DNA from: Eledone cirrhosa
Taxonomy: Eukaryota
Reading direction: 5' to 3'
Length of the DNA stretch: 64,000 bases
NCBI GenBank assembly: GCA_964016885.1
Contig: OZ024741.1
Coordinates: 31,310,001-31,374,000, forward strand
How positions within the stretch are numbered: position 1 is the stretch's first letter; the number at the start of each line of letters is the position of its first letter. Both the position numbers and the translations under genes were made by a program. This document shows, piece by piece, positions 1-17,759 of the stretch. Below the pieces are notes generated by a model. The model was not told the DNA's origin and made no database searches. It saw only the letters and a program-made list of their open reading frames with translations.

Positions 1-462
1 ATATACTGTAAGACACATATATACTGTAAGACACATATATACTGTAAGACACATAGATACTGTAAGACACATATATATACTGTAAGACACATAGATACTG
101 TAAGACACATATATACTGTAAGACACATATATATACTGTAAGACACATATATACTGTAAGACACATATATACTGTAAGACACATATATACTGTAAGACAC
201 ATAGATACTGTAAGACACATATATATACTGTAAGACACATAGATACTGTAAGACACATATATACTGTAAGACACATATATACTGTAAGACACATATATAT
301 TGTAAGACACATATAAACTGTAAGACACATAGATACTGTAAGACACATAGATACTGTAAGACACATATATATACTGTAAGACACATAGATACTGTAAGAC
401 ACATATATACTGTAAGACACATATATACTGTAAGACACATATATACTGTAAGACACATATAT

Positions 463-3400
463 TTACTTTAAGACACATATATACTGTAAGACACATATAT
501 ACTGTAAGACACATATATACTGTAAGACACATAGATACTGTAAGACACATAGATACTGTAATACACATATATATACTGTAAGACACATAGATACTGTAAG
601 ACACATATATACTGTAAGACACATAAATATACTGTAAGACACATATATACTGTAAGACACATATATACTGTAAGACACATATATACTGTAAGACACATAG
701 ATACTGTAAGACACATATATACTGTAAGACACATAGATACTGTAAGACACATAGATACTGTAAGACACATAGATACTGTAAGACACATATATATACTGTA
801 AGACACATAGATACTGTAAGACACATATATACTGTAAGACACATATATACTGTAAGACACATATATACTGTAAGACACATATATTTACTGTAAGACACAT
901 ATATACTGTAAGACACATATATACTGTAAGACACATAGATACTGTAAGACACATAGATACTGTAAGACACATATATATACTGTAAGACACATAGCTACTG
1001 TAAGACACATATATACTGTAAGACACATATATACTGTAAGACACATATATAATGTAAGACACATATATACTGTAAGACACATATATACTGTAAGACACAT
1101 AGATACTGTAAGACACATCTATACTGTAAGACACATATATGCTGTAAGACATATATATACTGTAAGACACATAGATACTGTAAGACACATATATACTGTA
1201 AGACACATAGATACTGTAAGACACATAGATACTGTAAGACACATATATACTGTAAGACACATATATACTGTAAGACACATATATACTGTAAGACACATAT
1301 ATACCGTAAGACACATATATACTGTAAGACACATATATACTGTAAGACACATATATACTGTAAGACACATATATACTGTAAGACACATTTATACTGTAAG
1401 ACACATATATACTGTAAGACACATATATACTGTAAGACATATATATACTGGAAGACACATATATATACTGTAAGACACATATATACTGTAAGACACATCT
1501 ATACTGTAAGACACATAGATACTGTAAGCCACATATATACTGTAAGACACATATATATACTGTAAGACACATATATACTGTAAGATACATCTATACTGTA
1601 AGACACATAGATACTGTAAGACACATATATACTGTAAGACACATATATACTGTAAGACACATATATACTGTAAGACACATATATATACTGTAAGGCACAT
1701 ATATACTGTAAGACACATATATACTGTTAGACACATATATATACTGTAAGACACATATATACTGTAAGACACATATATACTGTAAGACACATATATACTG
1801 TAAGACACGTATATATACTGTAAGACAAATATATACTGTAAGACACATATATTTACTGTAAGACACATATATACTGTAAGACACATATATACTGTAAGAC
1901 ACATATATACTGTAAGACACATATATACTGTAAGACACATAGATACTGTAAGACACATATATATACTGTAAGACACATAGATACTGTAAGACACATATAT
2001 ACTGTAAGACACATATATATACTGTAAGACACATATATACTGTAAGACACATATATACTGTAAGACACATATATACTGTAAGACACATAGATACTGTAAG
2101 ACACATATATATACTGTAAGACACATAGATACTGTAAGACACATATATACTGTAAGACACATATATACTGTAAGACACATATATATTGTAAGACACATAT
2201 ATACTGTAAGACACATAGATACTGTAAGACACATAGATACTGTAAGACACATATATATACTGTAAGACACATAGATACTGTAAGACACATATATACTGTA
2301 ACACACATATATACTGTAAGACACATATATACTGTAAGACACATAGATACTGTAAGACACATATATACTGTAAGACACATATATACTGTAAGACACATAT
2401 ATATAGTAAGACACATATATACTGTAAGACACATATATTTACTGTAAGACACATATATACTGTAAGACACATATATACTGTAAGACACATATATACTGTA
2501 AGACACATAGATACTGTAAGGCACATATATATACTTTAAGACACATAGATACTGTAAGACACCTATATACTCTAAGACACATATATATACTGTAAGACAC
2601 ATATATACTGTAAGACACATATATACTGTAAGACACGTATATATACTGTAAGACACATATATACTGTAAGACACATATATACTGTAAGACACGTATATAT
2701 ACTGTAAGACAAATATATACTGTAAGACACATATATTTACTGTAAGACACATATATACTGTAAGACACATATATACTGTAAGACACATATATACTGTAAG
2801 ACACATATATACTGTAAGACACATAGATACTGTAAGACACATATATATACTGTAAGACACAGATACTGTAAGACACATATATACTGTAAGACACATATAT
2901 ATACTGTAAGACACATATATACTGTAAGACACATATATACTGTAAGACACATATATACTGTAAGACACATAGATACTGTAAGACACATATATATACTGTA
3001 AGACACATAGATACTGTAAGACACATATATACTGTAAGACACATATATACTGTAAGACACATATATATTGTAAGACACATATATACTGTAAGACACATAG
3101 ATACTGTAAGACACATAGATACTGTAAGACACATATATATACTGTAAGACACATAGATACTGTAAGACACATATATACTGTAAGACACATATATACTGTA
3201 AGACACATATATACTGTAAGACACATATATTTACTGTAAGACACATATATACTGTAAGACACATATATACTGTAAGACACATATATACTGTAAGACACAT
3301 AGATACTGTAAGACACATAGATACTGTAAGACACATATATATACTGTAAGACACATAGATACTGTAAGACACATATATACTGTAAGACACATATATACTG

Positions 3401-6400
3401 TAAGACACATATATACTGTAAGACACGTAGATACTGTAAGACACATAGATACTGTAAGACACATATATATACTGTAAGACACATAGATACTGTAAGACAC
3501 ATATATACTGTAAGACACATATATACTGTAAGACACATATATTTACTGTAAGACAGATATATACTGTAAGACACATATATACTGTAAGACACATAGATAC
3601 TGTAAGACACATGGTTACTGTACGACACATATATATACTGTAAGACACATAGATACTGTAAGACACATATATACTGTAAGACACATATATATACTGTAAG
3701 ACACATATATACTGTAAGACACATAGATACTGTAAGACACATAGATACTGTAAGACACATGTATACTGTAAGACACATATATACTGTAAGACACATATAT
3801 ACTGTAAGACACATAGATACTGTAAGACACATATATATACTGTAAGACACATATATACTGTAAGACACATATATACTGTAAGACACATATATACTGTAAG
3901 ACACATATATATACTGTAAGACACATATATACTGTAAGACACATATATACTGTAAGACACATATATACTGTAAGACACATATATACTGTAAGACACATAT
4001 ATACTGTAAGACACATAGATACTGTAAGACACATATATACTGTAAGACACATATATACTGTAAGACACGTATATATACTGTAAGAGACATATATACTGTA
4101 AGACACATATATACTGTAAGACACATATATACTGTAAGACACATAGATACTGTAAGACACATATATACTGTAAGACACATATATACTGTAAGACACATAT
4201 ATACTGTAAGACACATATATACCGTAAGACACATATATACTGTAAGACACATATATACTGTAAGACACATATATACTGTAAGACACGTATATATACTGTA
4301 AGACACATATATACTGTAAGACACATAGATACTGTAAGACACATATATATACTGTAAGACACATATATACTGTAAGACACATATTTACTGTAAGACACAT
4401 ATATACTGTAAGACACATATATATTGTAAGACACATATATACAGTAAGACACATATATACTGTAAGACACATATATACTGTAAGACACATATATTTACTG
4501 TAAGACACATATATACTGTAAGACACATATATACTGTAAGACACATAGATACTGTAAGACACATATATACTGTAAGACACATATATATACTGTAAGACAC
4601 ATATATACTGTAAGATACATCTATACTGTAAGATACATCTATACTGTAAGACACATATATACTGTAAGACACATATATACTGTAAGACACATATATACTG
4701 TAAGACACATATATATACGGTAAGACACATATATACTGTAAGACACATATATACTGTTAGACACATATATATACTGTAAGACACATATATACTGTAAGAC
4801 ACATATATACTGTAAGACACATATATACTGTAAGACACATATATACTGTAAGACACATATATACTGTAAGACACATAGATACTGTAAGACACATATATAC
4901 TGTAAGACACATATATACTGGAAGACACATAGATACTGTAAGACACATATATATACTGTAAGACACATAGATACTGTAAGACACATATATACTGTAAGAC
5001 ACATATATATTGTAAGACATATATATTGTAAGACACATATATACTGTAAGACACATAGATACTGTAAGACACATATATACTGTAAGACACATATATACTG
5101 TAAGACACATATATACTGTAAGACACATATATATTGTAAGACACATATAAACTGTAAGACACATAGATACTGTAAGACACATAGATACTGTAAGACACAT
5201 ATATATACTGTAAGACACATAGATACTGTAAGACACATATATACTGTAAGACACATATATACTGTAAGACACATATATACTGTAAGACACATATATTTAC
5301 TTTAAGACACATATATACTGTAAGACACATATATACTGTAAGACACATATATACTGTAAGACACATAGATACTGTAAGACACATAGATACTGTAATACAC
5401 ATATATATACTGTAAGACACATAGATACTGTAAGACACATATATACTGTAAGACACATAAATATACTGTAAGACACATATATACTGTAAGACACATATAT
5501 ACTGTAAGACACATATATACTGTAAGACACATAGATACTGTAAGACACATATATATACTGTAAGACACATAGATACTGTAAGACACATAGATACTGTAAG
5601 ACACATAGATACTGTAAGACACATATATATACTGTAAGACACATAGATACTGTTAAGACACATATATACTGTAAGACACATATATACTGTAAGACACATA
5701 TATACTGTAAGACACATATATTTACTGTAAGACACATATATACTGTAAGACACATATATACTGTAAGACACATAGATACTGTAAGACACATAGATACTGT
5801 AAGACACATATATACTGTAAGACACATAGATACTGTAAGACACATAGATACTGTAAGACACATAGATACTGTAAGACACATATATATACTGTAAGACACA
5901 TAGATACTGTAAGACACATATATACTGTAAGACACATATATACTGTAAGACACATATATACTGTAAGACACATATATTTACTGTAAGACACATATATACT
6001 GTAAGACACATATATACTGTAAGACACATAGATACTGTAAGACACATAGATACTGTAAGACACATATATATACTGTAAGACACATAGCTACTGTAAGACA
6101 CATATATACTGTAAGACACATATATACTGTAAGACACATATATAATGTAAGACACATATATACTGTAAGACACATATATACTGTAAGACACATAGATACT
6201 GTAAGACACATCTATACTGTAAGACACATATATGCTGTAAGACATATATATACTGTAAGACACATAGATACTGTAAGACACATATATACTGTAAGACACA
6301 TAGATACTGTAAGACACATAGATACTGTAAGACACATATATACTGTAAGACACATATATACTGTAAGACACATATATACTGTAAGACACATATATACCGT

Positions 6401-9400
6401 AAGACACATATATACTGTAAGACACATATATACTGTAAGACACATATATACTGTAAGACACATATATACTGTAAGACACATTTATACTGTAAGACACATA
6501 TATACTGTAAGACACATATATACTGTAAGACATATATATACTGGAAGACACATATATATACTGTAAGACACATATATACTGTAAGACACATCTATACTGT
6601 AAGACACATAGATACTGTAAGCCACATATATACTGTAAGACACATATATATACTGTAAGACACATATATACTGTAAGATACATCTATACTGTAAGACACA
6701 TAGATACTGTAAGACACATATATACTGTAAGACACATATATACTGTAAGACACATATATACTGTAAGACACATATATATACTGTAAGGCACATATATACT
6801 GTAAGACACATATATACTGTTAGACACATATATATACTGTAAGACACATATATACTGTAAGACACATATATACTGTAAGACACATATATACTGTAAGACA
6901 CGTATATATACTGTAAGACAAATATATACTGTAAGACACATATATTTACTGTAAGACACATATATACTGTAAGACACATATATACTGTAAGACACATATA
7001 TACTGTAAGACACATATATACTGTAAGACACATAGATACTGTAAGACACATATATATACTGTAAGACACATAGATACTGTAAGACACATATATACTGTAA
7101 GACACATATATATACTGTAAGACACATATATACTGTAAGACACATATATACTGTAAGACACATATATACTGTAAGACACATAGATACTGTAAGACACATA
7201 TATATACTGTAAGACACATAGATACTGTAAGACACATATATACTGTAAGACACATATATACTGTAAGACACATATATATTGTAAGACACATATATACTGT
7301 AAGACACATAGATACTGTAAGACACATAGATACTGTAAGACACATATATATACTGTAAGACACATAGATACTGTAAGACACATATATACTGTAACACACA
7401 TATATACTGTAAGACACATATATACTGTAAGACACATAGATACTGTAAGACACATATATACTGTAAGACACATATATACTGTAAGACACATATATATAGT
7501 AAGACACATATATACTGTAAGACACATATATTTACTGTAAGACACCTATATACTCTAAGACACATATATATACTGTAAGACACATATATACTGTAAGACA
7601 CATATATACTGTAAGACACGTATATATACTGTAAGACACATATATACTGTAAGACACATATATACTGTAAGACACGTATATATACTGTAAGACAAATATA
7701 TACTGTAAGACACATATATTTACTGTAAGACACATATATACTGTAAGACACATATATACTGTAAGACACATATATACTGTAAGACACATATATACTGTAA
7801 GACACATAGATACTGTAAGACACATATATACTGTAAGACACAGATACTGTAAGACACATATATACTGTAAGACACATATATATACTGTAAGACACATATA
7901 TACTGTAAGACACATATATACTGTAAGACACATATATACTGTAAGACACATAGATACTGTAAGACACATATATATACTGTAAGACACATAGATACTGTAA
8001 GACACATATATATACTGTAAGACACATATATACTGTAAGACACATATATACTGTAAGACACATATATACTGTAAGACACATAGATACTGTAAGACACATA
8101 GATACTGTAAGACACATATATATACTGTAAGACACATAGATACTGTAAGACACATATATACTGTAAGACACATATATACTGTAAGACACATATATACTGT
8201 AAGACACATATATTTACTGTAAGACACATATATACTGTAAGACACATATATACTGTAAGACACATATATACTGTAAGACACATAGATACTGTAAGACACA
8301 TAGATACTGTAAGACACATATATATACTGTAAGACACATAGATACTGTAAGACACATATATACTGTAAGACACATATATACTGTAAGACACATATATACT
8401 GTAAGACACGTAGATACTGTAAGACACATAGATACTGTAAGACACATATATATACTGTAAGACACATAGATACTGTAAGACACATATATACTGTAAGACA
8501 CATATATAATGTAAGACACATATATTTACTGTAAGACAGATATATACTGTAAGACACATATATACTGTAAGACACATAGATACTGTAAGACACATGGTTA
8601 CTGTAAGACACATATATATACTGTAAGACACATAGATACTGTAAGACACATATATACTGTAAGACACATATATATACTGTAAGACACATATATACTGTAA
8701 GACACATAGATACTGTAAGACACATAGATACTGTAAGACACATGTATACTGTAAGACACATATATACTGTAAGACACATATATACTGTAAGACACATAGA
8801 TACTGTAAGACACATATATATACTGTAAGACACATATATACTGTAAGACACATATATACTGTAAGACACATATATACTGTAAGACACATATATATACTGT
8901 AAGACACATATATACTGTAAGACACATATATACTGTAAGACACATATATACTGTAAGACACATATATACTGTAAGACACATATATACTGTAAGACACATA
9001 GATACTGTAAGACACATATATACTGTAAGACACATATATACTGTAAGACACGTATATATACTGTAAGAGACATATATACTGTAAGACACATATATACTGT
9101 AAGACACATATATACTGTAAGACACATAGATACTGTAAGACACATATATACTGTAAGACACATATATACTGTAAGACACATATATACTGTAAGACACATA
9201 TATACCGTAAGACACATATATACTGTAAGACACATATATACTGTAAGACACATATATACTGTAAGACACGTATATATACTGTAAGACACATATATACTGT
9301 AAGACACATAGATACTGTAAGACACATATATATACTGTAAGACACATATATACTGTAAGACACATATTTACTGTAAGACACATATATACTGTAAGACACA

Positions 9401-12400
9401 TATATATTGTAAGACACATATATACAGTAAGACACATATATACTGTAAGACACATATATACTGTAAGACACATATATTTACTGTAAGACACATATATACT
9501 GTAAGACACATATATACTGTAAGACACATAGATACTGTAAGACACATATATACTGTAAGACACATATATATACTGTAAGACACATATATACTGTAAGATA
9601 CATCTATACTGTAAGATACATCTATACTGTAAGACACATATATACTGTAAGACACATATATACTGTAAGACACATATATACTGTAAGACACATATATATA
9701 CGGTAAGACACATATATACTGTAAGACACATATATACTGTTAGACACATATATATACTGTAAGACACATATATACTGTAAGACACATATATACTGTAAGA
9801 CACATATATACTGTAAGACACATATATACTGTAAGACACATATATACTGTAAGACACATAGATACTGTAAGACACATATATACTGTAAGACACATATATA
9901 CTGGAAGACACATAGATACTGTAAGACACATATATATACTGTAAGACACATAGATACTGTAAGACACATATATACTGTAAGACACATATATATTGTAAGA
10001 CATATATATTGTAAGACACATATATACTGTAAGACACATAGATACTGTAAGACACATATATACTGTAAGACACATATATACTGTAAGACACATATATACT
10101 GTAAGACACATATATATTGTAAGACACATATAAACTGTAAGACACATAGATACTGTAAGACACATAGATACTGTAAGACACATATATATACTGTAAGACA
10201 CATAGATACTGTAAGACACATATATACTGTAAGACACATATATACTGTAAGACACATATATACTGTAAGACACATATATTTACTTTAAGACACATATATA
10301 CTGTAAGACACATATATACTGTAAGACACATATATACTGTAAGACACATAGATACTGTAAGACACATAGATACTGTAATACACATATATATACTGTAAGA
10401 CACATAGATACTGTAAGACACATATATACTGTAAGACACATAAATATACTGTAAGACACATATATACTGTAAGACACATATATACTGTAAGACACATATA
10501 TACTGTAAGACACATAGATACTGTAAGACACATATATATACTGTAAGACACATAGATACTGTAAGACACATAGATACTGTAAGACACATAGATACTGTAA
10601 GACACATATATATACTGTAAGACACATAGATACTGTAAGACACATATATACTGTAAGACACATATATACTGTAAGACACATATATACTGTAAGACACATA
10701 TATTTACTGTAAGACACATATATACTGTAAGACACATATATACTGTAAGACACATAGATACTGTAAGACACATAGATACTGTAAGACACATATATATACT
10801 GTAAGACACATAGATACTGTAAGACACATATATACTGTAAGACACATATATACTGTAAGACACATATATAATGTAAGACACATATATACTGTAAGACACA
10901 TATATACTGTAAGACACATAGATACTGTAAGACACATCTATACTGTAAGACACATATATGCTGTAAGACATATATATACTGTAAGACACATAGATACTGT
11001 AAGACACATATATACTGTAAGACACATAGATACTGTAAGACACATAGATACTGTAAGACACATATATACTGTAAGACACATATATACTGTAAGACACATA
11101 TATACTGTAAGACACATATATACCGTAAGACACATATATACTGTAAGACACATATATACTGTAAGACACATATATACTGTAAGACACATATATACTGTAA
11201 GACACATTTATACTGTAAGACACATATATACTGTAAGACACATATATACTGTAAGACATATATATACTGGAAGACACATATATATACTGTAAGACACATA
11301 TATACTGTAAGACACATCTATACTGTAAGACACATAGATACTGTAAGCCACATATATACTGTAAGACACATATATATACTGTAAGACACATATATACTGT
11401 AAGATACATCTATACTGTAAGACACATAGATACTGTAAGACACATATATACTGTAAGACACATATATACTGTAAGACACATATATACTGTAAGACACATA
11501 TATATACTGTAAGGCACATATATACTGTAAGACACATATATACTGTTAGACACATATATATACTGTAAGACACATATATACTGTAAGACACATATATACT
11601 GTAAGACACATATATACTGTAAGACACGTATATATACTGTAAGACAAATATATACTGTAAGACACATATATTTACTGTAAGACACATATATACTGTAAGA
11701 CACATATATACTGTAAGACACATATATACTGTAAGACACATATATACTGTAAGACACATAGATACTGTAAGACACATATATATACTGTAAGACACGTAGA
11801 TACTGTAAGACACATATATACTGTAAGACACATATATATACTGTAAGACACATATATACTGTAAGACACATATATACTGTAAGACACATAGATACTGTAA
11901 GGCACATATATATACTTTAAGACACATAGATACTGTAAGACACCTATATACTCTAAGACACATATATATACTGTAAGACACATATATACTGTAAGACACA
12001 TATATACTGTAAGACACGTATATATACTGTAAGACACATATATACTGTAAGACACATATATACTGTAAGACACATATATACCGTAAGACACATATATACT
12101 GTAAGACACATATATACTGTAAGACACATATATACTGTAAGACACGTATATATACTGTAAGACACATATATACTGTAAGACACATAGATACTGTAAGACA
12201 CATATATATACTGTAAGACACATATATACTGTAAGACACATATTTACTGTAAGACACATATATACTGTAAGACACATATATATTGTAAGACACATATATA
12301 CAGTAAGACACATATATACTGTAAGACACATATATACTGTAAGACACATATATTTACTGTAAGACACATATATACTGTAAGACACATATATACTGTAAGA

Positions 12401-13155
12401 CACATAGATACTGTAAGACACATATATACTGTAAGACACATATATATACTGTAAGACACATATATACTGTAAGATACATCTATACTGTAAGATACATCTA
12501 TACTGTAAGACACATATATACTGTAAGACACATATATACTGTAAGACACATATATACTGTAAGACACATATATATACGGTAAGACACATATATACTGTAA
12601 GACACATATATACTGTTAGACACATATATATACTGTAAGACACATATATACTGTAAGACACATATATACTGTAAGACACATATATACTGTAAGACACATA
12701 TATACTGTAAGACACATATATACTGTAAGACACATAGATACTGTAAGACACATATATACTGTAAGACACATATATACTGGAAGACACATAGATACTGTAA
12801 GACACATATATATACTGTAAGACACATAGATACTGTAAGACACATATATACTGTAAGACACATATATATTGTAAGACATATATATTGTAAGACACATATA
12901 TACTGTAAGACACATAGATACTGTAAGACACATATATACTGTAAGACACATATATACTGTAAGACACATATATACTGTAAGACACATATATATTGTAAGA
13001 CACATATAAACTGTAAGACACATAGATACTGTAAGACACATAGATACTGTAAGACACATATATATACTGTAAGACACATAGATACTGTAAGACACATATA
13101 TACTGTAAGACACATATATACTGTAAGACACATATATACTGTAAGACACATATAT
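463..13155. repeat. Three consecutive higher-order units of 4834, 4983 and 2876 bp
   Basis: The marker ATATTTACTTTAAG recurs at ~463, 5297, 10280 and 13156. TACGGTAAG occurs at 4718, 9701 and 12577 (offsets 4983, 2876). Identical ORF translations recur at the same offsets (4385..4708 / 9368..9691 / 12244..12567). Confidence 0.9.
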
Positions 13156-16100
13156 TTACTTTAAGACACATATATACTGTAAGACACATATATACTGTAA
13201 GACACATATATACTGTAAGACACATAGATACTGTAAGACACATAGATACTGTAATACACATATATATACTGTAAGACACATAGATACTGTAAGACACATA
13301 TATACTGTAAGACACATAAATATACTGTAAGACACATATATACTGTAAGACACATATATACTGTAAGACACATATATACTGTAAGACACATAGATACTGT
13401 AAGACACATATATATACTGTAAGACACATAGATACTGTAAGACACATAGATACTGTAAGACACATAGATACTGTAAGACACATATATATACTGTAAGACA
13501 CATAGATACTGTAAGACACATATATACTGTAAGACACATATATACTGTAAGACACATATATACTGTAAGACACATATATTTACTGTAAGACACATATATA
13601 CTGTAAGACACATATATACTGTAAGACACATAGATACTGTAAGACACATAGATACTGTAAGACACATATATATACTGTAAGACACATAGATACTGTAAGA
13701 CACATATATACTGTAAGACACATATATACTGTAAGACACATATATAATGTAAGACACATATATACTGTAAGACACATATATACTGTAAGACACATAGATA
13801 CTGTAAGACACATCTATACTGTAAGACACATATATGCTGTAAGACATATATATACTGTAAGACACATAGATACTGTAAGACACATATATACTGTAAGACA
13901 CATAGATACTGTAAGACACATAGATACTGTAAGACACATATATACTGTAAGACACATATATACTGTAAGACACATATATACTGTAAGACACATATATACC
14001 GTAAGACACATATATACTGTAAGACACATATATACTGTAAGACACATATATACTGTAAGACACATATATACTGTAAGACACATTTATACTGTAAGACACA
14101 TATATACTGTAAGACACATATATACTGTAAGACATATATATACTGGAAGACACATATATATACTGTAAGACACATATATACTGTAAGACACATCTATACT
14201 GTAAGACACATAGATACTGTAAGCCACATATATACTGTAAGACACATATATATACTGTAAGACACATATATACTGTAAGATACATCTATACTGTAAGACA
14301 CATAGATACTGTAAGACACATATATACTGTAAGACACATATATACTGTAAGACACATATATACTGTAAGACACATATATATACTGTAAGGCACATATATA
14401 CTGTAAGACACATATATACTGTTAGACACATATATATACTGTAAGACACATATATACTGTAAGACACATATATACTGTAAGACACATATATACTGTAAGA
14501 CACGTATATATACTGTAAGACAAATATATACTGTAAGACACATATATTTACTGTAAGACACATATATACTGTAAGACACATATATACTGTAAGACACATA
14601 TATACTGTAAGACACATATATACTGTAAGACACATAGATACTGTAAGACACATATATATACTGTAAGACACGTAGATACTGTAAGACACATATATACTGT
14701 AAGACACATATATATACTGTAAGACACATATATACTGTAAGACACATATATACTGTAAGACACATAGATACTGTAAGGCACATATATATACTTTAAGACA
14801 CATAGATACTGTAAGACACCTATATACTCTAAGACACATATATATACTGTAAGACACATATATACTGTAAGACACATATATACTGTAAGACACGTATATA
14901 TACTGTAAGACACATATATACTGTAAGACACATATATACTGTAAGACACGTATATATACTGTAAGACAAATATATACTGTAAGACACATATATTTACTGT
15001 AAGACACATATATACTGTAAGACACATATATACTGTAAGACACATATATACTGTAAGACACATATATACTGTAAGACACATAGATACTGTAAGACACATA
15101 TATATACTGTAAGACACATAGATACTGTAAGACACATATATACTGTAAGACACATATATATACTGTAAGACACATATATACTGTAAGACACATATATACT
15201 GTAAGACACATATATACTGTAAGACACATAGATACTGTAAGACACATATATATACTGTAAGACACATAGATACTGTAAGACACATATATACTGTAAGACA
15301 CATATATACTGTAAGACACATATATATTGTAAGACACATATATACTGTAAGACACATAGATACTGTAAGACACATAGATACTGTAAGACACATATATATA
15401 CTGTAAGACACATAGATACTGTAAGACACATATATACTGTAAGACACATATATACTGTAAGACACATATATACTGTAAGACACATATATTTACTGTAAGA
15501 CACATATATACTGTAAGACACATATATACTGTAAGACACATATATACTGTAAGACACATAGATACTGTAAGACACATAGATACTGTAAGACACATATATA
15601 TACTGTAAGACACATAGATACTGTAAGACACATATATACTGTAAGACACATATATACTGTAAGACACATATATACTGTAAGACACGTAGATACTGTAAGA
15701 CACATAGATACTGTAAGACACATATATATACTGTAAGACACATAGATACTGTAAGACACATATATACTGTAAGACACATATATACTGTAAGACACATATA
15801 TTTACTGTAAGACACATATATACTGTAAGACACATATATACTGTAAGACACATAGATACTGTAAGACACATGGTTACTGTAAGACACATATATATACTGT
15901 AAGACACATAGATACTGTAAGACACATATATACTGTAAGACACATATATATACTGTAAGACACATATATACTGTAAGACACATAGATAGTGTAAGACACA
16001 TAGATACTGTAAGACACATGTATACTGTAAGACACATATATACTGTAAGACACATATATACTGTAAGACACATAGATACTGTAAGACACATATATATACT

Positions 16101-17759
16101 GTAAGACACATATATACTGTAAGACACATATATACTGTAAGACACATATATACTGTAAGACACATATATATACTGTAAGACACATATATACTGTAAGACA
16201 CATATATACTGTAAGACACATATATACTGTAAGACACATATATACTGTAAGACACATATATACTGTAAGACACATAGATACTGTAAGACACATATATACT
16301 GTAAGACACATATATACTGTAAGACACGTATATATACTGTAAGAGACATATATACTGTAAGACACATATATACTGTAAGACACATATATACTGTAAGACA
16401 CATAGATACTGTAAGACACATATATACTGTAAGACACATATATACTGTAAGACACATATATACTGTAAGACACATATATACCGTAAGACACATATATACT
16501 GTAAGACACATATATACTGTAAGACACATATATACTGTAAGACACGTATATATACTGTAAGACACATATATACTGTAAGACACATAGATACTGTAAGACA
16601 CATATATATACTGTAAGACACATATATACTGTAAGACACATATTTACTGTAAGACACATATATACTGTAAGACACATATATATTGTAAGACACATATATA
16701 CAGTAAGACACATATATACTGTAAGACACATATATACTGTAAGACACATATATTTACTGTAAGACACATATATACTGTAAGACACATATATACTGTAAGA
16801 CACATAGATACTGTAAGACACATATATACTGTAAGACACATATATATACTGTAAGACACATATATACTGTAAGATACATCTATACTGTAAGATACATCTA
16901 TACTGTAAGACACATATATACTGTAAGACACATATATACTGTAAGACACATATATACTGTAAGACACATATATACTGTAAGACACATATATACTGTAAGA
17001 CACATTTATACTGTAAGACACATATATACTGTAAGACACATATATACTGTAAGACATATATATACTGGAAGACACATATATATACTGTAAGACACATATA
17101 TACTGTAAGACACATCTATACTGTAAGACACATAGATACTGTAAGCCACATATATACTGTAAGACACATATATATACTGTAAGACACATATATACTGTAA
17201 GATACATCTATACTGTAAGACACATAGATACTGTAAGACACATATATACTGCAAGACACATATATACTGTAAGACACATATATACTGTAAGACACATATA
17301 TATACTGTAAGGCACATATATACTGTAAGACACATATATACTGTTAGACACATATATATACTGTAAGACACATATATACTGTAAGACACATATATACTGT
17401 AAGACACATATATACTGTAAGACACATATATACTGTAAGACACATATATACTGTAAGACACATAGATACTGTAAGACACATATATACTGTAAGACACATA
17501 TATACTGTAAGACACATAGATACTGTAAGACACATATATATACTGTAAGACACATAGATACTGTAAGACACATATATACTGTAAGACACATATATACTGT
17601 AAGACACATATATATTGTAAGACACATATATACTGTAAGACACATAGATACAGTAAGACACATATATACTGTAAGACACATATATATACTGTAAGACACA
17701 TATATACTGTAAGACACATATATATAGTAAGACACATATATACTGTAAGACACATATAT

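Noticed and set aside
4420-4450. LexA/SOS-box-like TACTGT...ATATATACAGTA at ACAGT variants
   Set aside because: The SOS box needs CTGT-N8-ACAG. Here the half-sites are 13 bp apart and often degenerate (TTGT), and there is no bacterial gene context.
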